NCBI GenBank assembly: GCA_002104905.1
Contig: MCFE01000005.1
Span: 124,001 to 188,000, forward strand
DNA: 64,000 nucleotides
Source of the DNA: Basidiobolus meristosporus CBS 931.73
Taxonomy: Eukaryota > Fungi > Basidiobolomycota
Direction: 5' to 3'
This document shows positions 26,266 through 36,528 of this stretch, piece after piece. A model generated the notes under the pieces. The model had not been told where the DNA came from. It did no database searches and worked only from the letters and a program-made list of their open reading frames with translations. A program made the translations under genes and the position numbers. How positions within the stretch are numbered: the first letter of the stretch is position 1; every line of letters starts with the position of its first letter.

Positions 26266-26972
26266 TTGGATAGTGCCACATTGATCCATGAGTGCCAAAT
26301 AATGCCATAGTGTGCCAGAGAGGCCAAGTGAGCCTATACCTGGCCACAGAGTGTGAAACATAGCTCTTCATCTTCATGCAAAGCAGCCACTGTGCTTCAC
26401 CCATTGTGATGGAGAAAATCTATTTTTTGACCTTTTTTTGTGGATCAATGTAGCTCAGGATGTGTAAGAGCACAGGAGAACTGAAGATATGCATCTGGTA
26501 CTCAATACCCATGGCACTCTGAATCTAGCTCCTGTAGCTTGTATCATGTCACAAAAATGAATGGCACTATCTTGGTCCACTGGTACTATCTGGCACTATA
26601 TTTCAATATTAGCCCTAAAGTAAGACCTATACAAAGCACTTATAGTGCCATATAGTACCAGTGGACCAAGATAGTGCCATACATTTTTGTGACATGTTAC
26701 AAGCCACAGGAGCTAGATTCAGAGTACCCTGGGTATTGAGTACCAGATGCATATCTTCAATCTACTTGTGCTCTTACACATCCTGCACAACATTGATCCA
26801 AAAACGGTCAAAAAATAGATTTTCTCCATCACAATGGGTGAAGCACAGTGGCTGCTTTGCATGAAGATGAAGAGCTATGTTTCACACTCTGTGGCCAGGT
26901 ATAGGCTCACTTGGCCTCTCTGGCACACTATGGCATCATTTTGTGCTCATGGCTCAATGTGGCACTATCCAA
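26266..26972. repeat. Foldback/MITE-like long inverted repeat (arms 26266-26600 and 26641-26972, 40-bp loop)
   Basis: Arms are high-identity reverse complements over about 330 bp (ttggatagtgccacattg / caatgtggcactatccaa; ggcactata / tatagtgcc). A fragment of one arm recurs at about 17908-17996. Confidence 0.9.
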
Positions 26973-26994
26973 TGCAACAAGTCTGTTGCTCACT

Positions 26995-27255
26995 TGTAGA
27001 TTTATTGATCAAAAGTATGGTACTTATACTTTTGATCAAGTATAGCACACCAGTGTGCAGAGTTTACTAAGGAAGGTCCCAAGAATATGTGCGCAAAGTT
27101 TGGGGGCTTTTGGACAACCTTGAGAAAGATGATAATGTGGGTACCTGATAATTTGGTGAAAGTATCCCAAGTAGATCCCAACAAGATTTTTGGTCAGGAC
27201 AGAATGCCAATCAAAGAATAAGAACTATGTGACTAAGTCAGCATGAATGTTTGGG
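26995..27255 (-). repeat. Degenerate Copia LTR relic
   Basis: gaaggtcccaagaatatgtgcgcaaagtttgggggcttttggacaacc matches the LTR core. Confidence 0.7.
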
Positions 27256-28379
27256 CAACAGTTTAATAAATACAACACTCCCACTCCACAAAATATTCAT
27301 AAGTAATATATACATACTGAGAGTGTGCAATCTGTAATAAGTATATAAGATTGAGCTGTGTTGCATACTGAAATAATACATTATCCAACTGCAAATGCAT
27401 TTGTGCTTAACTTAGCTGAACAAGTAAGCTGTAACTTGATGTGCATATCTACTTAACAGTATGCCTAAAAATTTGATTGATCTAATTGTAATACTAAACT
27501 TTTACTTTGATCAGTAGTACAGGCATGAATATTGACATGAGTCTAGTTGTCAGATTGCAGTAATGATATATAGCCTCTGGGCTATCCAATACTGCTTATT
27601 TGAGCAAAATTGATCCACTTTTGGTCAAGTTAAGGTTTTGTCATTTATGGCAGATCTGGAGTTTCCTTATTTCTGGGCAACAATCTAATCCATTTAGACA
27701 ACATTACTGTATGTCCATATCAGGCTCAGGGACTGTCACTTCTGTAACATAGACTTTATGTAAGGTAAAAGAGATGACCTATATTAGGCCAAGTTAAGGT
27801 TTTGTCATTTACACCTGATCTGGATTTTCCTCATTTCCTGACACTGTGGCCCATAAAACATGGCCAAAAAAAAGGTTTTTACTCAGCTGTGAGCTGGGAT
27901 GTGTTATGTTGTATTATGATTAGTTTGGGGCTTGTTCTACAATGTAGAGGCTGATTAACAATACACAACACCTTCCAGTATGCTAATATTGAAACAGTTT
28001 ATTGGGAGCTTGATATACCAATAGAAGATAGAACTTTCACTAATGTCCTCAATCTTAGGCTCAAAATATACTATAGGCAGTGTTTCTTACTTCTACAGCA
28101 GGGTTCTGACCGTCTGTCAGCTATTGGGTTTATTTATTTAATAGTAACTTTTCCTTATTTTGGGGTCACTTTCCTTTCTGAGATAATATTTCTTAGCATG
28201 GAAACTCTGAACTCCCCTTTAATCTAAAGGGGTGTGGTGTAGAAGTCTCAAGGGGGTATTTAGACCTAAAGGGTGCCTAAAGGGTTGTCTTCAGAGTAAA
28301 GGGGCTTCTTACAGTGGTCTCTAAAGTGGACTCTAAACTCAAGGGGTGAGTATGCCTTAAGTAGATACTGGCAGTTTCT

Positions 28380-31020
28380 TTTTGGTATCTAACAATCCAC
28401 TTGACTGCTGCAATATGATCAAATCAATAATTCTGGTTATACGGGCTGGCAACTTTAAGCTGCAGACCAAATGGGGGTTATCTTGGTCAAGAAATGCATC
28501 AGGCTGGCTCATTAAATGTCCTCATCATGTACCAAAGTGCAGTCTTACATACATTTAATAGATAAACTGCTTGTATTTAGCTGCAATAGCCACTATTAGT
28601 CTGATGAAATTAAACTTGGCTACCAGTGCACAGGTTTCAGCATAGTAAGGTCCTTTTGTTTGAGAGTATTCTTTGGCCACAAGTCCTGCTTGGTATCTTT
28701 CAACTATTCCATCACACTTGTATTTTGTCTTGAAGGCCCATCTGCATTGAATTGAATTTGGTTGATTGGCTATTTGACTAAGTCCCAAGTCTGATTTTCC
28801 TTCAGGGCCTGATATACATCAGTCATTGCGCATCTCCAAAACTTTGTCTGAGGGCTATTAAGGGCCTCTTTTACAATATAGGGCTCATCAATATGAATTG
28901 AATAGGCATAGGCTAAGCTTGTACCTGTTGTAAGAGTCTTGGAGATATTGGAAGTGATTGGGAGGACATGTAGATTATGTGGTTTTCACTTAATGATTTA
29001 TTGAATGTAAAAGTGGTATTTATACTTTTACATGGTCTGGCTTTACAAATACGTAGAATAGGTTAAGGAAGGTCCCAAGAACATGTGTGCAAAGTTTGGG
29101 GCTGTTTGGACAACTTTGAGAATTTTCATGTTCTGGGTACCTGGTACTCTGGTGAAAATATTCTAAGTAAATCCCAACAAGGAATTTGGTCAGTATTCTC
29201 TAGGATTTGAAGGTGATGATCTAAGTGACTAAGTTAGGTGAATATTTAGGTGGAAATACAAATTTTTACAACAGTACCCTCATTGATATAGTTATTTGGG
29301 CTATTTCTGGTCCATTGGATCTCATAGCTGGTGGTACTAGAATGATCATTGCTGGGATATTCCTAAGCACTAGCTTAGGCTGAGCCACAAGTTTAGTACT
29401 CTTTAGGGTGAAAGAACTCCATGGTCTTGCTCAGATTTAATTCTTACAATTAACAGACTTGGGATCAGATTCTTGTCATAATCCTTTGTCACTTGTTGTA
29501 TAAAATGTGAATTATCATCAAGCAGCACATCCCTAGACTTGGTCAGTTTCTTTGCTTTGGTAATGTAGAGTGTGCATGACTTGCTCTCACTGTAGTAGCC
29601 CAAAAACATGCATTTTAAACTTTGTGGCTCAGCTTCTGACAGATTTTTGGGCTGTTTCTTGGCATATATCCTACACCCAAATATTCTTAGATGTTCTGCA
29701 CTTGGTCTGTATCTATACCATGCCTCAATTGGAGCAGAATCATATCTTATTGTGCTCTAGCTTCTATCTTGGACATATAGAGCTATTGCAACTGATTGTG
29801 CACAAAACTCATAGGATAATGTTAGATTATCATGCTTACCATATAACATACGGATTTGTTTGCACATTCTTCAACCCTTATTTGCTGTGTACCAGTTCTC
29901 TTACCACCATAGCTGTAAACTCCCTGAGCTTAGTCAGAGTGTCTTTTTTTTTCCAAAAAGTAGACACTCACATGTCAGGTATAATCATCAATAAAAGCTA
30001 TTATTTACTTTATGCTGCCCAAGGATTAATTTCTCATAGGTCCCCACAGATCTGGGTGAATTAGGTCTATTTTTTCTTAGCTTTGATTAGCCCAGAGCTC
30101 CTGGGTAGCTGTGCAAAACAGGTTACTGTTGCCTTTGAAGGGTCACAAGTACCTTCTTTATTAGTTATTATTGCATTTTAAAGCATTTTCATCTTCTTTC
30201 TTACTAGCACATGATCTTTTAATTCCTCATCTGGGAGCCCCCCATTTACATATTTTAAGATCAGATATTATGTTCTGGACTCTAACACTGATTCAAGTCC
30301 CTCAAACCCATCTGTCAGGTTACTCAGGATGATAACTATCAGGTCTTTGTATGTAGTTGGTTGCCTCATATTTCATCTTATCAACCCACAGGGTAAACCT
30401 GTTATTTGGATTATTCATTTCTTCTCCAGGCAGCATCTTTGTAGTGAAGACTATTTGTCTAAGAAGCATTTCTTTAGCAGCTGAACATGATTGGTAGGGG
30501 TCTTCTAATGCATTCCATGCATTGCTTGCAGCATTTGCTCTTGAGCATTGAATTTGCAGCTTGTCTTTGACATTGAGGCAAATGCAGCTAAAGGCACTTG
30601 TTCTTTGTTGTGGTCCTTGAAGGCTTCCTCTCCATTATCCTTAGGAGGGCATTCTTGTCCCATAAATGTATCCCAAATACCTTTTTCCAGTAGCAGCATG
30701 TTTATCTTCACTTTTCAAACTTGGTAGTATGATCCATCCTACTATTCAGTAGAGGGAAAGATTAGAGTAATAGCAGTGGCAGAAATTGCAGTGAGTGATA
30801 GCTTGGGCTTATAAGCTGTTATTAGAGTCTTGGAGATATTGGAACTGATTAGGACAAGAAGTAGATTATCTGGCTTTCACATAATACTTTATGGAATGTG
30901 AGAATAATGTTTATACTTTGACATAGCTATGGCATAAAATCATGTAAAATATGCTTAAGAAGGTTGCAAGAGCATGTGTGCAAAGTTTGGGGCTGCTTGG
31001 AGAACTTAGAATATTTTCAC
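28380..31020 (-). mobile_element. Older, heavily decayed Copia copy (RT, IN, gag and partial LTR remnants)
   Basis: ORF remnants QCRWAFKTKYK...LVAKEYSQ, FLGYYSESK, MKINMLLLEKGIWD; LTR start near 30817. Confidence 0.8.
28926..29273 (-). mobile_element. Solo Copia LTR with 5-bp TSD GTACC, nested in its own family
   Basis: 348 bp, TGTTGTAA...TTACAACA; GTACC at 28921-28925 and 29274-29278. The flanks rejoin into the sequence seen intact at 930-945. Confidence 0.92.
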
Positions 31021-31352
31021 CAAAACTCCAGGAACCCAGAATATGAATATTCTCAAGATTGTTTAAACAGCCCCAGACTTAGAACACATGTTCTTGGGAC
31101 CTTTCTAAGCATATTCTATGTGCTTGTTGTGCCAAGATCATGTAAAGGTACATATACAACTTTTACATTCAATTATTAATTAAGTTAAAGCCACATAATC
31201 TACTTGTTATTGCAGGACTCTTAAGACACCAAAGACTACTTTCTTATAACAGCATATTTATCTTTACACTCAGACATGATAGTTATATCCATCCAACTTT
31301 TCAGTCAAGGTAAGTTTCCAGTAATGGCAGTGGTGGACACTCAGTTGAATAA

Positions 31353-34300
31353 GTGCTTGTATTGCCAAGACCATGTAAAGGTATAAATACTCCTTTTACA
31401 TTCAATGAACCATTAAGTGAGAAATACATTGTCTACCTGTTCTCCCTATCACCTCCAATATCTCCAAGACTCTTACAACAGGTTATGAGCCCCAAGCTTT
31501 CACTTTCTGCAATGTCTACTACTGCTATTACTGAATTTTTTCCTCTGCAGAAAAGTTGGACGGATCTAACTACCAAGTGCAAAAGGTGAAGATGAAGATG
31601 CTGCTAAAAGAATGAAGCCTTTGGGATACTGTCATGGGAGAAGAATGCCCTCCAAAAATGTGGGATAGGAAGCCTTAAAATACCAGAAGAAAGAATAAAG
31701 TGCCTTTAACTGCATTTGCCTTAATGATGAAGACAAATTGCTAATTCAATGCTCAAGAGCAAAAACAGCAAAGAATGCCTGGGTGCCATTCAAAGGCACC
31801 TGCCAGTCATGTCCAGCTGCTAAGAAAAAGCATCTAAGACATAAATTTGCTACTACAGAGATGCAGCCAGGAGAAGTAATGAAATATTTCACAGAATTAC
31901 CCTACTGGTTGATGAGATGCAATCTGTGGGTGTACCAACTGCTGATGATGCTGTGATAGTAACCAACCTGACTAGCCTGACAGACAATTTTCAGGTCCAT
32001 GTATCAGCTCTAGGGTCCAGAGCTGAAGATTTGACCTTATGTTATGCATATGAAGGGCTCCTGGATGAAGAATTAAGAAAATTAAGCACCAATAAGAAGG
32101 AAGAAGAAAATGCTTTAATAAGCAGTAACAGCAATAAAGGAGGTACACAAAACCCTTAAATGGCAACAGCAACCTGTCTTACAACTACTGCAAAAGGAAA
32201 GAACACACAATAGACCAGTGCTTCAAAAGAGAGATAATCAGCAAAGGAAGCCTGATATGCAAATGCTGCAACAACAGAAGATAGGCTATTCATATCTGCA
32301 CTAAAAATGACTAAAAACAAGGATTATCACATGTGGTACATTGACTCTGGAGTATCTCAACACTTTATACACCTAACAGAACATTTTATCCAATATCAAA
32401 AAATTACAATTAAGAGGCTTTCATAGGTGACAATAGAACACTTGATGCAGTGGGAGAGGGAACTATCCTAGTAAGCATTAAAAGCAGTGATGGAAGCAAT
32501 GCATTGGCCTTTAAAGTAGTTGTCTATGTACCAGAAATAGCCAAGAACCTACTATCTGCAAGCAAGGCCTCTGCAGAAGGACTCAGTTTCAACTTTAACA
32601 ATTTGGGATGCAGGATCACTGATCAAAATGGTGCCCACATTGCTTCAGGTTTCAGAGATCAGAATCTACACTGGTTGACTTTTATTACATCATATCTGAA
32701 AGCCGACATAAGTAACTTAGGTTAAGAAACACCAATGCTTTGGCACAAGAGTTTTTGACATACCAATTAGAATTATTTGCACAAAATGATTAGAGATCTG
32801 CTAGTTTCTGGAGTTAAAATTGATCTCCCAGCTAATTTGGATCACTGTGAAGCCTGCATATATAGGAAACAAGTCAGACAACTGCTCAGGAGCTCTGGGT
32901 TAGTAAAAACTAAGAAAAAATTAGATCTAACTCACTCAGATAGGTGTGGACCTATGCCATATTTATCCTTAGGCAGGATGAAGTATTTGATCACTTTTAT
33001 TAATGCTTTTACAATATCCACATGGGTCTACTTCATGGAGAGAAAGGAAGAAGCTCTGTCTAAGTACAGAGAGTTAAAAGCTATGGTGGAGGGAGAAGCT
33101 GGTGAAAATTCAAGAAAATATGCTCCAACAATGGTGAAGAATATACCTCAAAATTCCTCATCCACCTCTGCCAAATTCATGGGATAAAGTAAAAGACTAC
33201 TGTACCATACTCCCCACAGCAATATGAAGCAGCAGAACATGCAAACCAATCTACAATTGATACTGCAAGATCCATGATTCATGATCTGTTTATCTTATGA
33301 TATTTGGGTGGAATCAGTTGCCACAGTTGATTACCTTAAAATAGGAGTTTTAACAGAATACTTAGTAATTCTACTCCATTTGAATCATGGTATGGATACA
33401 GACCAAGTGCAGAACATCTAAGAATATTTGGGTGCATAGCATATGCCAAGAAACTGCTTGGAAGTAAGTCAAGACTTGTGCCAAAAAGTGTAGAATGCAT
33501 ATTTTTGGGCTACTGCAATGAGTAAGGCATACAGACTCTGCAATACCAAAGCAAAGAGGCTGATCACGTATGGGGATTTGTTGATTGATGAAAGCTCAAA
33601 ATTCTCACAATAAATGACATCAGATGATGACAAAAATTTGATCTCAAGTCCACCAACAATCAGCATTGAATCAGAGCAAAACAATGAAACCTTTTCTACT
33701 CCAGGAGACTCTACAAACATGGTCCAGCCTGAATCAGTGCCCAGGAATATCCAAGAAGTGAGCATTCTAGTATCAAATGCCCAGAGATCCAACTGGAAAA
33801 GAAATAACCCATATTACCATATCAATGAGGGTACAAACTTAGCCTATGCCTATTCAGTCCATATTGCTGAGCCCCAGACTGCAAAGGAGGCCCTAAGTAG
33901 CCCTCAGACAAAGCTTTGGAGATCTGCAATGACTGAGGAATATCAGGCCCTGATTAGGTAGAAACCAAATTTTCATGCTAGAACTAAGCACATATATATT
34001 AGACATCATTTTATACATGAAGCTATAGAGAGTAACTTAGTTAGCTTAGCTTACCATCTTTCAGATGAAATGATTGCAGATATATTTACTAAATCATTAG
34101 CTAGAGACAAGTTTGAATATCTTAGGTCAAAATTAGGACTAGTCAGTATGAGCATTTAGCTAAGTAGGAGTGTTTTAAAAATATGTAATTCCACCTAAAT
34201 ACTCACCTAACCTAGTCACTTAGGTCATTACCTTCAAATTCTAGAGAATACTAACCAAATTCCTTGTTGGGATTTACTTAGAATATTTTCACCAAAATAC

Positions 34301-34517
34301 CAGGTACCCAGAACATGAAAATTCTCAAAGCTATCCAAACAGCCTCAAACTTTGCACACATATTCTTGGGACCTTTCTTAATCATTCTCATGTCTCTTAT
34401 GCAAAGACTATGTAGAAGTATAAATACCACTTTTTCATTCAATAAATCATCAAGTGAAAACCACATAATCAACTTGTCCTCCCAATCACTACCAATATAT
34501 CCAAGACTCTTACAACA
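31353..34517 (+). mobile_element. Internally deleted Copia element (partial 5' LTR, PBS, gag, PR, IN; nearly all RT and RNase H lost; 3' LTR 34171-34517)
   Basis: LTR ends at 31480, then GGTTATGAGCCCC. Near 33955 the sequence jumps from the RT start (EEYQAL) to the RNase H end (catgctagaactaagcac). PPT-like agtaggag precedes the 3' LTR. Confidence 0.88.
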
Positions 34518-35934
34518 GAGTTGTGGGCTTAGAGAAAGCTGGAGTTCAGCTAAAAATATAACAGTATTCTTGTGGCCTTGAGCTGATTTCTTATCATGGG
34601 GTTTGTGAACATGTTCCTGGGATCATTCAGAGCACATTGCAAGCATAGATTTTCCAAGGCCTTTTAGAAGTACAAGAACCACCTTCATAGTCCATATTTA
34701 ATCCAATGGCAGCATATAATCTCTAAGCTTTCCCATACTATAGCATTGTATACATTTTGAAAAACCCATGCAATATTTGACAAACATCTTAATTTATTTT
34801 AAATGCCAAGATAAGCAAAATATGTACTCCTGCGGCTTTAACATGTATACCTATGGGCATAAACATTTACACTCGCCCATTGGTACACTTTCAGGTCTTT
34901 TTGCAAATTTGATGGACATACACGAAGAGAACAAATTTAAAATAACATAACGCGACGAAAAAGATATATACACATAGCTTATTTCAGATCGTACACAAAA
35001 CACACTTAAAATTTGCGCCAACAATTGCTACGGCATTATGACATTTAAAAAAATCCAAATATTTTGATTTCGATCGCGCCAAATCCATTACCCGAATGGG
35101 GAGAGATATCTGGACCTGATGGTCACTCATATATCCAGTAATTACCCGGTTAAAGTTATCTACGGTGATACAGATTCATGCATGACCCGATTATATACAA
35201 TCGTGTCACACAATCTGCAAAGATGTTACAAGTATGCACCCTCAACCCATGGCTCCCAACTTTGAAGAATATTATGACAAAATTATTCTCATGACCAAAA
35301 AACGATCTATTATGTACAAAAATCCAAATCTTAAATACAAAGATGTTACGAACGTTCGCCAAGGATATTGCCAATTTGCCAAAAATATTTACAGCAGTAC
35401 CATTACTGACACGGTCAACAACATTCCTAAAGAACAAGTTGTTTCCAGCGTTGATATCATCTTACAGATCTTCCATGAAAAAATGACCCCCTTGAACTTT
35501 CAATTATGAATAAATCCGTTAAAAATTTGTATGAGTACTAGGACGCACCTTCTCAGGTTCTTATGGCCAAACGGTTGATCGCCAACGGTGCTCATAAATA
35601 TTACTATTAAAATGGATTTTAGACAGGTACGTATGCAACTTCATACCCTCTTACTTCTCAGCATTTACAGCTCCAAAGAAAGCCCCACACCAATATCCGA
35701 GATTTTGACACAGGCTAATATCGCAGCAAATCAACAGTTACGCGTAACATCAGCTATCCGCAACGTAATACTGGCCAAGAAATCGCAGATAAAAACGGCA
35801 ACTTGCAATCGAATCTTGGTTTACGGGTCACAGTATTCCAGTCCAACCAATTTGGCAAACATATCAAATCATCTTTTTTCAACCCAAGTTGGTAATATTT
35901 ACATGTTCTATATGAATATGGGAATACCAGATAG
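34518..35934 (+). pseudogene. Family-B DNA polymerase relic, copy D (best preserved), cut at its 5' side by the Copia LTR
   Basis: Stitched translation: PIGTLSGLFANLMDIHEENKFKIT*RDEKDIYT*LISDRTQNTLKICANNCYGIMTFKK/SKYFDFDRAKSITRMGR/LDLMVTHISSNYPVKVIYGDTDSCM/...NFEEYYDKIILMTKKRSIMYKNPNLKYKDVTNVRQGYC.../ELSIMNKSVKNLYEY*DAPSQVLMAKRL. Motif B at 34996-35034, motif C at 35161-35178. Confidence 0.9.
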
Positions 35935-36528
35935 ATAGATCCTGATGTTTATTTCTATAGAAATCTACTATAGAGGCGTTTCCCAACAGCAAGGCAGATA
36001 AGGTCACCAACCATAGCACACTCGGCACCGGAAACATAGTTGGTTGGTGGTACTAGTATTTTCCGAGGGAGATGGTGGGTGATCTATCAATGTTTGGCTG
36101 GGGGGAGGGAGTGAGCCAATATATCTATTTAGAGAAGCTACAAGATTCATGTTTGTCTCCACTGGGGTTGTTGTGGGTCCACAGCCAGTACTCTTTCCTA
36201 TTATTGATGGCTTCACCATACACTTCATACTTGTCATTTGAGAATCCCTAATTAGGTTCGGGGGCCCAGCATACCAATTTTGCCAGCTATTTGAGAATCT
36301 CTTATTGCCCATACTGGGAATGTCTTTGGGGGCTGGTATATTTTACATTACGTGGTTGTAGAGGGCCAGTCATGGGTTCTGCGTATGGGCACATTTAACA
36401 TAAAATAAGATCAATTAGATTTTACACTACGAAGACTCCAACACGATTGGTATGCGACGTATATATAGACAAAGCGTACAGAGACACATTGAGCGCACAG
36501 GCTTCCAAGGATATTTGCTATCACTACT

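Noticed and set aside
28205-28350. Telomeric repeat tract
   Set aside because: Motifs are dispersed and variable, not tandem, and lie mid-contig.
24900-34500. Classical CpA-targeted RIP as the cause of TE decay
   Set aside because: The TEs are rich in CA and TG and poor in CG, which fits CpG deamination rather than CpA-to-TpA conversion.
24740-34500. A fifth TF or PolB unit in the long C-D gap
   Set aside because: No Zn-cluster or PolB motif was found there; the gap is Copia debris, a foldback and unassigned CG-poor DNA.
34940-35200. PolB as a protein-primed Polinton/Maverick, casposon or linear-plasmid polymerase
   Set aside because: Motif B is ANxxYG and only about 42 residues separate it from motif C, leaving no room for the TPR1 insertion; no integrase, capsid, Cas1 or TIRs seen.
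35588-35938. 116-aa ORF downstream of the PolB core as a separate gene
   Set aside because: It overlaps the frame that continues the PolB thumb, is broken by stops in A-C and has no recognisable motif. I cannot tell which frame is ancestral.
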